Positions 1 to 12,391 of a stretch of 64,000 bases of DNA are shown here, piece after piece. Source of the DNA: Balamuthia mandrillaris (lineage: Eukaryota); the NCBI GenBank assembly GCA_031835245.2, contig JAVKOQ020000021.1, positions 186,001-250,000 of the forward strand, written 5' to 3'. Under the pieces are notes generated by a model. The model made no database searches and was not told the origin of the DNA. It worked only from the letters and a program-made list of their open reading frames with translations. Position 1 is the stretch's first letter; every line of letters begins with the position of its first letter. Both the position numbers and the translations under genes were made by a program.

Positions 1-240
1 AGTTCTTGTCCTTACCCTTCATCTATTATTCTTGTTCTTGTTATTCTTCCTTTTCTTTGTCTTCTGCTTGTTGTTGTTGTTGTTGTTGTTGTTGTTCTTC
101 TTCTTCTTCTTCTTCTTCTTCTTCTTCTTCTTCTTCTTCTTCTTCTTCTTCTTCTTCTTCTTCTTCTTCTTTTCCTCTCCTGCTCTGCTCCGGTTCGGTT
201 GACAAGTCTCCTCCTCAGACTCTCTGTTAATGTGGGACAG

Positions 241-693
241 CTCGCAACTGAAAAAGACCGCTCAGTCCTTCTCCTGGATCCGGAACAGCAGCATCACCTT
301 TCCCACCGCTGACTTGGTCGTCTGGCCAGACTCCTTGCAGTAAACCCCCTCTTGCTCTCTCACCTCTGTTGTATGTTGACTCCCCACAAACAACGACACA
401 GGAAACCAGGATACTTCACCGTCCGGAGCAAACAAAGCTTCCGCTCGGGCGTGGTGGCCCTGGAGTTCATCATAGAACAGTGCAACACGTACACATGGAG
501 CGTTGGCTTTGTGGATGATAACTTTGATGTTTGCAGGCGGCAGTTCATAGAGCCATTCCGTGATGTCTGCTACGCTTGGTGCAATAAGGCAAGGGCTTCA
601 CACAGTGGTAGGTGAACACCTTTCTTTCTCTTTCTTGTCGTTTCTTGCCGTTTCTTGTAGTTTCTTTCTTGTCGTTTCTTTCTTGTCGTTTCT

Positions 694-773
<80 letters not shown>

Positions 774-1151
774 GTCGTTTCTTCTTTCTTTCTTTCTTTC
801 TTGTCGTTTCTTCTTTCTTTCTTTCTTTCTTGTCGTTTCTTCTTTCTTTCTTTCTCTTCGTTCCTCTCTTTAACGTTGCTGAACCACCTAGTGACCGGCA
901 ACTTTACCGACTTTTCTCAGCGACGCAACGTGCTGCACGGATGGAAGGCAGGGGACGTATTGGGGGCTCTGGTGGACTTTGACAAGCGGGAGATCCAATA
1001 CTTCCACAACACCCGATGGAACGAGACCGTGAAGCTTCACGCGGAGTCCAAGAGGTTGTGGGCCATGGCCAACATGTACAACCCGGGCAACGCCGTGAGG
1101 ATACGCATCAAGTCCATGAGCTCCAGACCTCCTGAGTGGGAGTTGCGTTGA
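241..1151 (+). CDS. 3' part of a SPRY/B30.2-like domain protein (5' end probably outside the window; exons ~241-339, ~402-611, ~891-1151)
   Basis: Spliced peptide ...FRSGVVALEFIIEQ..WSVGFV..YAW...GDVLGALVDFDKREIQYFHN..LWAMANM follows the SPRY pattern; GT-AG introns with pyrimidine microsatellites. Confidence 0.6.
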
Positions 1152-1408
1152 GACCACCACCGCGCTGCTTCCTTGCAGGGCACTTGCGGGGTGAGGGAGA
1201 AAGATCCAGAAAATGGGCCAAGTCAAAAAAAAGAGTGGTTTCTTCTTTTTATGACTGTAAACAAAGAGAGAGGGAGAGAGAAGAGAGAAGAGAGAAGAGA
1301 GAAGAAGAAGAAGAAGAAGAAGAACAAGAAGAAGAAGAAGAAGAACAAGAACAAGAAGAAGAAGAACAAGAAGCTTCTTTCTCCTCACTCATGAGACTGG
1401 TCGTCTTT

Positions 1409-3847
1409 TCACATCAACAACTTTTGTTGCCAGGTCAATTCATCCTTTGATCCTTTCTTGTTGTTGTTGCTGCTGCTGCTGCCATCACCAGAAGAGGAGG
1501 CAGTGCTGTTGGCTGCGCTGTTGTTTTGGCTCCTCTTCTTCCAGTGTTGCTTTCCTCTGTTGCCTCTACCTCCTCCTCCCCTCGCTACTCCTTGAGTTGT
1601 GGCGGTGACATCCTCTTGTTCCGTTTTGGATGAAGCAGCACCATCTCCTGCGTTACTGCCATTGTGTTGTCTTCTTCGACCTCCTCCAGCTGCTCCTCCT
1701 CTATTTCCTCCCTTTCTTCCTCCACGCACCTGTTGTGAAGAAGAAGTTGATGAAGAAGTTGCTGCCGCGCTGTCTTGTTGTGATGAAGAACCAGTGTTCA
1801 TGCCCAACAAGGCTTGCTGTTGCCAGTTCAAAGCAGGTGCTCCTCCTGTGGAAGCAACTCCATCTTGCTGCTGCTGAGCAGCAGCATAAAGTGCATGAGG
1901 AGGCATAGGAGGATAACCAAAAGGCGGCATGAACATTGGTGGAGCAGGGCCACCAGGAGCACCAGCTTGAGGGTAGAACATCGGTGGCATGAAGAGATGG
2001 TGTGGGGGTTGAGGATAGCCACCAACAGGAGGAGTAGCGCCTTGTTGTTGAGCCGCAGCTGCTGCAGCTACGTAAAAGGCAGAAGGCAATTGTTGTTGTT
2101 GAGAGGCCTCAGTGGTGCCTTCTTGTGGTTGAGGAGAGGTGTTGCGTTGCTGTTTTTGCTTCTGGCCACGCTTGCCTTTGTTGCCTTCATTACGTACTCC
2201 TTTTTTTAAAAAAAAAACCGAAAGAGGTGAGCTAATAGAAAAAGAAAGGAACAAGATAGAGAAGCAGAGAGAGAGAGAGATCAAACCCGCAGCGTTGGTA
2301 CCTTGCTGACCACGTTTGCCAGCAGCTCTACCTCCAGCAGGAGCCTGGGAGGTATCAGCAGCTGGCACCGCTGCTGAAGAAGAGGGCTGTGTTTGGCCAC
2401 TTCCCTTGGGACGGTACATCTGATGTTGTTGGTGATGATGCTCAGCACCACCGCGCCCTCCTCCTCGTTTGTGGGATGGTGCGCCACTCACAGGAGCGTT
2501 TGTAGCTCCTCCTACACCTCCAGCAGCTGTGTTGCGTGTCAAGATTCTTCTTTCTATCAATGAAATCAAGAAGGGAACAAAAGAAGTTATACAATGTTGC
2601 CCTAAATTGATTCAAAAAAAAAAAACCAAACAAACAAACCTTGCTGCGAAGCAGGATGGTCGTGGTACAAGCCACCGCCGCTTTGGCGATATCCTTGTTG
2701 ATGACCATGTTGATGCCTTTGTACGTTATGACCGTGCTGTTGCTGCTGGTACGCTCCTCCTCCATGAGCATTGAGTGGGGGATGAGATGTTCTTCTCCAT
2801 GCAGTGCCTTGATGTTGCTGGCCGGTAGCGGCTGCGCCAGTAGCAGCACCTACGTTGGCGCGTCGAACGGGACCACGCGAGAGATTAACAACGCCCATTG
2901 GTGAAACATGAGCTTGACCTCTTAGCTCCGAACATCTGTTTTTTTGTTTCAAAAAAATAAGAAACAAAATGAACAAAGAAGTTCTGTTTAAAAAATACAA
3001 ACCTATGATTAAGATCGGTGCCACCCAAGAACTGTTCATCAAACACGATTTCCAGCATGTTCAACACGATGCCAACTACAGTGCCATTCAGGCCAAAAGG
3101 CACTGGACCGGTGCTCCTCAGGCTCATCACACGGTCTCCAAGAGCGGGCAACAAGGCCTCCAACGACGGAGCATCCAAGGGGGAAGGAGATAAGAAGGAA
3201 GAAGGAGGAGGATGGGCAGATGAAAGAGGTGTAGGCAGCAAGGAAGGAAGATTGGTGTTGGACTCAGGTGTGGTCGGCACTTCCTCCATCGGATGGAGCA
3301 AGAGCTGTCGATTGACAGTCAAGATGACTTTCTTTTGCTTGCGTTGCTTGGCATTGGCCACGTGTTGGTTGGCCTCCTCTTCAACTGCCTTGATCATCTC
3401 GTTGGTCATGGCCAGGGAACCGACTGGGACTAGCGTTTTAGGCTCCAGGCTGCGCAGCCATTCCTCAATTTGACGAACTTTGTCCACTGCGGTTGTTCCT
3501 TCGCTTGGGAATAGCTCCTCTGTTTAGTGAGGGAGGAGAGAGATGTGGTGAATTAGGCGATTGTTTCAAAGAATAGAGAAGCACACACCAGGAGCAAAGA
3601 CTTCGATTTCTTGTGCGTCATCTCTCTCCATGGAGTCGAATAGCTCAGGGAACTTGTCCTTGTATTCGCGCACAAGCTCTACGGCTTTTGCAGATAGCAA
3701 CCAGTAACCCCTTCCTATTTTAATTTAGGTTTTAAAAACAAGTTTATTAGCAAAAAAGACGGAATTGAAAATAAAACTGGCAATAAGAAGGAAAGACAAG
3801 CGACGGAGAGAGTGAAGAGTGAAGAGAAAGAGAAAGAGAAAGAGAGG

Positions 3848-3880
<33 letters not shown>

Positions 3881-6357
3881 GCTGACCTTGAGAAGTAGCA
3901 GTTGCCGGTTCTGTCATGATGCGTTGCGTGTAGCCCAACACCATCTGATTTTTCCTTGTGAACTTGATTCTCAGCCCAATGTTGACCTTTCTGTTCTCAT
4001 ACTGAGTGTACACGCTGGCAGTGACCTTGGACAAGACTTTGGGAGAGATATCAAGCTTCCTGCTCGCTTCGCTGAACTGATAGTATCTGTCCTGGAGCTG
4101 AACGGCGATTCTGCGTCCAAAAGTGGGCACTGGGGGAGGAACCTCCACTTCGATCTTCACTTTGACTTTCTTGGGGTTGACGCCTAGTTCTTGAATTCTT
4201 CGATCCACATCCTCTGGTCCGACTTCCTCTCTTCCTTCATTTTTCTGTTTTGTTTCTTCGTCGTCTTCTACTTCCTCTTTCTCTTCCTTATCTTCTTTTT
4301 CTTTGTCTTTGTCTTTGGTAGACTCCTTATGCGCTTTCATAATTAACTTTTTTGCAGCTGAAGGAGGTAAAACATATCCCAGAACCTTGCCAATGCCACC
4401 AAAAGCAGGTCCTCGTCCGATGTAGACACCCTCTGCGCCTATTGGAAACTCCTCTTGAATAGGCTGTCCTTTCACTTCTTGTGTCTTCGGATTGGGATTA
4501 GGATGTTCGCGAAGGATAGTCTGTAGAGGAAAGATTTCATCCTTCTGGTTCCAGACACGAATGCTGGAGCCATCGCGGAAGCTTCTCAGCCCTCTCATCA
4601 GCTTAACGTGCAGCAGTACTTTGACGTCCCCAACTTCAATTCCGCGTTTGGCGCGGTACTTGTTCTTCTGGTACTTGCTCTCCTTTTGCCATGCTTGCGC
4701 GTCCTCGTTGGAGTGGAAGACACAGCCGTGGCTCTTGGAGGCTCTGCACTTAGAGTCCGAGATACCTAGAACAAGAGCTTCGTGAAGATGAGGCCATTGC
4801 ACGTATACAACCTTGCCCAACAATTCGTTGGCCAACTGTTCCATATCGTGCGTCATGTCGTCTCCTTTATCCGTACTTTGCTCCTCCGTTGATTCTTCTT
4901 CTTCTTCTTCTTCCCCGTCGTGTTCTTCATAAGCTTCTTCTTCTTCTCGTTGGTGTTGTTGCTTCTGTTGAGGTGGGCCGGCGGATGGCAAGCGAATGAT
5001 GAGGCTTTGCTTTCTGCTGTTGCTGCCGAAAATGGAGACTCCCGCATAGACTAACGAGCCGGTGTGCTTCATCGAGTCTAGTGTAGGGAACGCCGGCGGC
5101 CCCTCCACACCAACACGAGTGGACGGCAACCAACGAAACGGAGAGACTGCCTCATCTTTCAAGACAGGCTCCTCCCAAGCTTCGCAGCGCGTCATGGAGG
5201 GTACCAAGTCCAAGAAGTAGTCCGGCATGGAGGAGGGATAAGGCTCCTGGATGTCAGGGTCAAAGCGGAAGCGATACGCCATGCCAAAAGAGTTGCGTCG
5301 CTGTTCCTCTTCCGTCAGCTTTGCCGTATCAATGCCGGCAATGGCTTCCAGCAGCTTATTTTGGTCTATAAAGGGGATCAGAGCTATGCCCTCCCATGGA
5401 TTTTTCTTGCCGTTCATGTCCACAGAAAACTCCTCCGGATAGTACTCGAGAATGGGGGACTGAGGGTTGGTCATGAGATCTTGGTAACATGGTGGGAGGG
5501 CTTGTTTGCTGGCTGGAGGAAAGACGCCCATTAGCTGTTGGAAAGGAAGGAAGGGGGTGCCCTTCTCGAATTTGAACTCATATGAGGCGAGGTTCGTTAG
5601 GTCTAAGGTGGTGTTTGAGAAGGAAAGAAACGTGAGATACAGTTGTTAGTTCTCGCTCTCTTCTCTAACGATGGACGTACCTGAACATAACGGGGCGTAA
5701 TGGTAGGGATAGAACCAAGACCAAGATACACACCCGTTGTAATAGTACTTGATGACCCACATGATGCCTTCAAGATACTTTTGACGGAGGTTCTCGTGGA
5801 ACTCGGTGTCGTCGCAGCTGACGCGGAACTTCTCTTTGTAGTACCAGTTCTTCCATGATTGTTCTTCGTCCTCATCCTCTGCCTCCTCTGCCGCCCTCGT
5901 GGCTCTAGACTTGTGAGCTTTTCGTGCAGCAGTAGATGGACTTTCCTCCAAAAGAGCAACCGGAGATTTGCTTAATGGGTGGGACTTGTGAGGAAAGCTT
6001 ATACCTGGATGGGATGCAAATAGGAAAGAATGTGGGTGACACGATACTAAAGATACAAGATAAAGGAAAACGAAACACAGGGAGGAAAGGAGGAGAGAAG
6101 GTGCAACACGTGAAGTATTAATACCATTTTCAGAGGTGTCCTCTTCCTCATCATCGTCCACTTCAAGCTCAGCAAGAGCTGCTTGCAGTTCGTCATGGTC
6201 ATCGTGATCGCTTATCTCTTCTCCTCCCCCACTATGTGGCTTTAAAGCACCAAGAGCTTTGGCCCTATTACTGAGTGCAACCATTGCATCTTCCTCAGCT
6301 TCATTGCCCTCATCAATTTCATCTGTGTCATAGTCTGCAGAAATAAGTTAACAGAAG

Positions 6358-6396
<39 letters not shown>

Positions 6397-7679
6397 TACC
6401 AGAGTCTGAACACTCGTCACCACCCAAAATGCTCTTCTCCAGCACGTCAAGATGTAACGGAGGCATCAGGCTCAGCATTTCTTTCTCGTTCTGCGCCAAA
6501 AAGGATAAAAATGTCTCGCATCGTTGCCAGTCTATCTCTCCAGCGTTGGTAATGTATCCTCCCAACGAGGGCAAGCTCTTTCGATAAATCTCAAACATCT
6601 TGTCCAGAGCGCCATCCGCAATGTCCAAGTAGGGCAAGTGCGGCAAAAAGTCGTTGCCCACAAAGAAACACATCAGCACAAAGTCATCAATGACTCGTTC
6701 GAGGTCGTAGGCAAAGGGCAGCTCCGTCGCGCGAAACTCTCTATCCAGATACTCGCGCAATAGGTTGATATAGAGCAGCTGAAACTTGGTAGGACTCTCT
6801 CCAGAGGCCGGATTGAGCTTATTGCTCCTCTTCTTGTTACGGCCAAAGGTAACTTCCTCGCGTAGCAGCGCAAAGTTAGGATCGTGCGTAACGAGAGCCA
6901 ACATGATCAAGTCTGCATCCAGTCCGTAGAGGCAATGTCTTTCGTTGGGGTTGTAGTCCGGCCTTGCCTTTTGTGAGCGGAGGTAGGACATGATCTTGTG
7001 TTCGCCCTCTCCCGGTACTTCGTGGCCAGAGAAGATCACTGTAACCTGCCTCCACGCTCGATCCTCCTTAACCTTCTTGCGAATGAAGAACTTGAGATGT
7101 GTGGAGAGTCTGGCCATGAACTTAGTGCCTGGCGTGATGACGTTGGAATCGAACCTCTCTCCATCTGACATTTTCTCTCCTTTGGCAAGGGCCTGTTCCA
7201 AGGCCTCCTGAGCGTCTTTGGCCGACTTAAACCGGCGTTGTCGTTGTTGGTTCATCTTGGCTCTCGGCGCAACGCCTTATTGATTGATTCAAAGGAGAAG
7301 GGGATGAGAAAGAGAGAATTAAAGAGAGAAAGAGTGACGAAAGCAGAGAGAAGCACAGAACCGACCGTCAATGGCCATGTAGATAAGTTTGCGAGGTTTG
7401 ATGGTATGAAACAGGCGGTCTATGTACTGAAAGATGGCTAATGTCATTTCCTTCTCTGTCAAAGGGTTTAAGACGTTGTCGTTCCAATCCGGATGCGTGC
7501 AGTTGTGAATGATGCCGTTCATGTCCAGAAAAAGATTGTCTGAGAATGGTGGTGGCGTTCACAGGCCCCAACGGAAAGGAGTGGTAAGCACCACAAGAGA
7601 AATACAAGCAAGAGGAAGAGAAAGAAAGCAAAAAAAAAAAAAGAAGAAGAGTGGGAGGAAGAAAGCAGAAGAAACGATG

Positions 7680-7718
<39 letters not shown>

Positions 7719-7811
7719 CGAACCAAAATCTGGAACAAATGGAGGCTCGATGGGCACGCTGAGCAACGGATAACGTTCTGCCAGCCATCGGTAAAACTTG
7801 GGTATTCCCAT
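1409..7811 (-). CDS. XRN1: 5'-3' exoribonuclease 1 (multi-exon)
   Basis: MGIPKFYRW start; MNGIIHNC, KMNQQRQRRF, FDSNVITPGT, PGEGEHKIM, YGLDADLIML, GNDFLPHLP, WFYPYHYAP; Xrn1-specific C-terminal regions (LGDRV..VPFGLNGTVVG) and a low-complexity tail; 3' end approximate. Confidence 0.95.
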
Positions 7812-8289
7812 CTTTTTTTCCTCGGTCAAATAACAATGTGGTTCTCTCTTACTTTTTGTCGAAGTGTGTCTTTACAGAAGAGAGAAAAAAAAGAGAGGGG
7901 AGAAGACAAAATAGAAATCTCCCGATGAACTTGTCCCAATCTGTTGCACTGGGCTTTGTGTGTTGTGTGTCTCAACGAGTGGAAAAAAAAACCAGCACCG
8001 CCTTTTTTCGATTAAGTTTAGAAACAGAAAAAAAAAATCAAATCAAATCAAATCAAAGAAGAAGCTTCGAAACAGAAAAAAATATTTCTCGCTCTGTTTC
8101 CTTCCTCTCTCTTTCTTTCTCCTTCTCTTCGCTGCTGCAACGTCTCGCTCTGCTGCTACTTCGTTATTTTAACAAAAACCAAACAAAAAATCTGGCGCTT
8201 GAGGGGTTGTGGTGACGCCTACGCGTCGACAACTTTTCCCATATTTGAGCTCTGATGATGTCACTTTAGAAGCGGACACTCTCAGAGAG

Positions 8290-8331
<42 letters not shown>

Positions 8332-8465
8332 AAAGAAAGCTGAAGCAAAAAGTTGGTTTCTCCTTTTGTTCACGGTAGTACAGAAAGGGTAAAGAATGAA
8401 TACAAAAGAATAAAAAGAGAGGATAAGAAATAGAGAGAGCAGAGATGTTTTTTTGTTGTGGGTTT

Positions 8466-9629
8466 TTAGAAGCACTTCCTGAGGACGTTGACTCCCTGCT
8501 CGTCGTACTCGCTCTTGTTCATCCAGAAGGCAGGCTTGTCCTTCATGATCTCGGCCAAGACGGCACCACCCAAGAACACCATGTGCTTCCTGCGGGGAGG
8601 ATCCTCAATGCGGCACTTGAACTTCGCCATGGCGGCCTTGTTGCCCTTCAGCACACGCTCAAAGTAGAGGCGGCGAATCTCCTTCTCCAAGCGGCTGGGG
8701 AGACCGGGGTACATGGTGCTGCCTCCGGACAAGACAATGTGGTTGTAGAACTCGGCCCTGGTGTCAATGTCGGCCTTGTTGATGCAGTCAAAGACCAGCT
8801 CTCCCATGCCAGGGGTTTCAATGTCAACGAGGTTGGGGTTGAACATGCACTCGGGGGCCTCGAAGCGCTCGCGGCCTACCTTGATGACACGGCCGTCGGG
8901 CAGGGTGTACTTCTCGATGAGGACGGTGGTCTCGAGGGCGAGACGCTTTTCGAGCTCGAGGTCGTAGCCGACGTAGCAGAGCTTCTCCTTGATCTGACGG
9001 ACAGTCTCAAAGTCGGCGGTACGGTTAAAGGCGTAGCCGCGGAGGAGGAGCAGCTTGATGAGGTAGCGGGTGACGTCCCTGCCGGCCACGTTCAACCTTC
9101 TGGTCAAGTGAGGCAAGGAGAAGCCCTCATAGACGGGCACAATGTGAGTGACACCGTCTCCAGAGTCGACGACCACACCGGTCAACAAGCCCTGGGCGTA
9201 GAGGGTCAAGACGGCCTGGATGGCAATGTAGCAGCCCTGGAAGCCGTACTTTTCGAACATGGTCTGCACCATCTTCTCACGGTTGGCCTTGGGGTTCATG
9301 GGGGGCTCGGTCAAGAGGATCTTGGACTCGCGGGGGTTGATCTTGAGCTTCTCGAAGAAGGCATAGTCCCAGACGTAGCCAGCGTCCTCCCAGTTGCGGA
9401 CGATACCGTTGTCCAGGGGGTAGGTGATCTGAAGCATGCTGCGCAGCTTGGAGGCCTCGTCACCGACCATGATGTCCTTGATTTCCACATTGTCGAACTT
9501 CTCCTCGTACCTCATGATGGGCCTGCCCACCATGGAGGGGAAGATGGAGGTGGGGAAGTTGGCGCCAGCGAAGCCAGTCTTCACGAAACCGGTACCGTTA
9601 TCGCACACAATGACCTTGTTGGAGTCCAT
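8466..9629 (-). CDS. ARP2: Actin-related protein 2 (intronless)
   Basis: [51 protein letters not shown] Arp2 signature. Confidence 0.97.
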   Translation of the reverse strand: MDSNKVIVCDNGTGFVKTGFAGANFPTSIFPSMVGRPIMRYEEKFDNVEIKDIMVGDEASKLRSMLQITYPLDNGIVRNWEDAGYVWDYAFFEKLKINPRESKILLTEPPMNPKANREKMVQTMFEKYGFQGCYIAIQAVLTLYAQGLLTGVVVDSGDGVTHIVPVYEGFSLPHLTRRLNVAGRDVTRYLIKLLLLRGYAFNRTADFETVRQIKEKLCYVGYDLELEKRLALETTVLIEKYTLPDGRVIKVGRERFEAPECMFNPNLVDIETPGMGELVFDCINKADIDTRAEFYNHIVLSGGSTMYPGLPSRLEKEIRRLYFERVLKGNKAAMAKFKCRIEDPPRRKHMVFLGGAVLAEIMKDKPAFWMNKSEYDEQGVNVLRKCF

Positions 9630-9949
9630 AGTTGTTGTTTACAAAAAAAATTTCTGCTACGTGAAGAACCTTCTCTCTCTCTTTGCTACTTTTTTCGAAA
9701 ATTGAATTTTTTTTTTGTTGGCAATTTTTTTTTGTCTTTTCTTCTTGGTTGGCAACAAAAATTACGGAAAGAGGGGGCACCAATCCGATTTATTTGTCGA
9801 CACGGAGTTTCTGGATGGAGAAATTATGATTCGCTGAGAGTGGTGCAGTAATGGTGCACGTTTTGTGCGCAAAAGATGCTCGAAGGATTTGCCCAAGAGC
9901 GAAGCATCGCTAGGATCAGGGCAGCAAAGGGAGAGGAGCAGCGCCATCA

Positions 9950-10300
9950 CCGGCTTTGCAAAGGGGTTGGCCGCCACTTTTGCAACCTCTCCTCCTCCCG
10001 CCCTTTGCCGCCTCTCCGTTCTACCACCTCCTTGACTGCCAACGCACGTCTCTCCCGCCTGAGATTGGAAGTCGAGGTGTCCCTCGCCCTCCCTGAGATC
10101 AGCTGAGGGACTTCCCTCCCGAGTTTGGCGGCCTCGTCTCACTCTTACCGCCTGCGACCGCTCTACCAACCAGCTGACGGCCTTGCCCAAGAAGTTTGGC
10201 CAGCTGTCCTCTCTCACCTATTGCAACCTTTCCGACAACCTACGTTAGACTGCCAACACCCCTCTCACAACCCGCTGACACGCTTGCCCAGAGAAGAAGA
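9950..10300 (+). pseudogene. Degenerate leucine-rich-repeat gene relic
   Basis: LRR fragments in shifting frames with stops: PPALCRL, SLPPEIG, QLRDFPPEFGGLVSL, NQLTALPKKFGQLSSLTYCNLSDN, SHNPLTRLP. Confidence 0.65.
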
Positions 10301-10766
10301 AGAGGAAAGTGACATGGAGGCAGTGCTTCCAGAGGGGGTTATGGAGCGGTTGGAGGGTTGCAATAACGATTCGATGTGCGTGGTAAGGTTTTCTTGAAGA
10401 GCGAGGAGGAGGAAGAAAAGGAAGTGCTCCCCTTGGATGCTGAACTATGAGAAAGAGAAAGAGAAACGGTGAAAGAGACCATAGAAAGAGAAGCGACAAA
10501 CGTGAGAACAGCAGTAAACTCAAGCAACATATCTCAGGCTCCCTTTCAACCACCGGGAGGAGGAGGAGGGGGATGGAGTTGACCCGATAGTTTCGAGAGA
10601 AAGTTGGTGTGTTGAAGCACGTCAAATCCATCCATAAACAGAAGCAAACTTTGAATGGTTCTCATTTTTCAAAAGAGAACACCCACCCACCCACCTTTGT
10701 TTCTTCTTCTTCTTCTTCCATCCCTTGCTCTTTCTTGTTTTCAAGAAGAAACAATTGTGGGGGACA

Positions 10767-11552
10767 TGGTGCTGAGCCAGAGAGAGACCATGGGGCAGAG
10801 GAAGTGGAACGGGGTGATGAGGCTGTGCTGGCTGGCATCGGCCGTGACGCTCCTGGTGTTGGCGGAGCGTGCAGTGCAGCGGGCGGAGGGTCTCTCCCCA
10901 GAGGAGCGAGGGCTGGTGGTGGAGCGGCACAACGTTTGGCGACGCCAGTACGGCAGCCCTGAGCTCGTCTACAACCTCACCTTGGAGGAAACGGAGTTCA
11001 CAGGTTTGTGTCTCTTCTCGTGCCCCTCCTCCTCCAACACCCCTTCTCAAAAAACACAAAACAGGGACAGAGGCGTTGGCAGGGGCCTGTGCAACGGTGC
11101 CCACGCTGGCGATAGGAGATCTGTGGGCGCAGAGCTTGGCGTGGTTAGGGTCCTTGCCGCAGAGCGCGGAGCAGAGGAGGGCGGCCTTGGCGAGGATCAT
11201 CGACGGCTGGGCGGAGCGAGGGATTGCCCAATGGGACTGCACCACCGACACCTGTTCGAATGGAGAAGGGGCGGAAGAAGGGACGACGGAGCAAAGAGGG
11301 CCGTGCAGCAGCCTGCGCTACCTCCTTCATCAGGAGGTGAAGAGCGTGGCGTGCGGGCTGACGAGGCCCGACGGGGAGGCCTGTTGCGTGGACAGGTGCA
11401 GCCCTTGCTGCGAGGCCACCATGGTCTGCAGCTACTACCGAGAGGGCTTCCAAAAGGAGCAGCCGGTGGACAGCACGGCTTGTCCCGAGAGCGAGGACGC
11501 CGCCTCGTCCGCCTTGCTCCCCCCTTCTTTCTTTGTTTTTGTACCATTGTAA
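10767..11552 (+). CDS. Secreted CAP/SCP (PR-1-like) domain protein, 2 exons (intron ~11004-11069)
   Basis: Signal-like hydrophobic segment, VVERHNVWRRQYGSPELVYNLTLE, IIDGW, VACG, MVCSY; hydrophobic C-terminus (possible GPI signal). Confidence 0.75.
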
Positions 11553-11719
11553 CTCATGACGTCATGAGTTGATATTTGCTATGCAGCAACACTTGTGCAT
11601 AATTGCTTCAGCATTTCTTCAGCAAAGCTGTTTTTCCTACAGCATTACTGCACGATTACTGCACAAAATATTTTTTGTCGACCAAGGAAAGAGAGAGATT
11701 GGAAATCTTGTCATAGGAT

Positions 11720-12192
11720 TTAGTCGCAAAGAAAAGTATCGTCGAACCTAGGCGCTGGCCTAGGGGGTTGATACAGGTCGGGCAACAAAGCACCTCGTGG
11801 AGGGTTGGACGGCAAGGGCCTCCTGATCTTGATGAATAGATGATCTCCGCGATGATTGTGATTCGCTTCGCATGCTTCGCACAGATCTTTTTTTTTAAAA
11901 AAAATAACAATAAAACAAAGTGTGAAAAATACAATAAACATGAAAGAGAAAGGGAGGAAGGAAGGATGGGAAGCGCATGGCGAACCAAAATCGTCACAGT
12001 TGCCACATTTGAAGCGGTTTCCCTTTTATTAACAAAAGAAAAAAGATAAATGGGGGTGAGCTTTTGCCGTCAAAGACTTGCGGGCAGTCAGTTCAAGAAG
12101 AAGAAGAAGAGAGAGAGAAAAAAAGAAACCCTGATAGGGCATTGTCCGCAGTTGTCGCAGGTAATGCCGATGTGCTGCACGGAGGACGACAT
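11720..12192 (-). CDS. Small ZZ-type zinc finger protein, 3 exons, ~88 aa
   Basis: Spliced: MSSSVQHIGITCDNCGQCPIR/GNRFKCGNCDDF/DLCEACEANHNHRGDHLFIKIRRP...; canonical ZZ Cys/His pattern. Confidence 0.85.
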
Positions 12193-12391
12193 TCTTGGCT
12201 TGGTTTTTTTTCTTTTCGGTTCTGTTTGTTTTTATAACGCTACTATAGCTTTATAAAACCGGAAAAAAAGATAAAGAAAAAGTGAAGTAACCGGTAACGG
12301 TGTTTCTCTCTTTTTTTTGTTTTTTTTCACTTCACGAAAGAATAAAAAGAAAGAGGTTTAAAGTTTAAAAAAAAAGGGTTTTTGTTTTAAA

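Noticed and set aside
8445..9851. 468-aa plus-strand ORF
   Set aside because: Antisense shadow of the codon-biased ARP2 gene
10104..10106. In-frame TGA between two same-frame ORFs as possible selenocysteine or readthrough
   Set aside because: Better explained by the frameshifted LRR pseudogene; no selenoprotein motif
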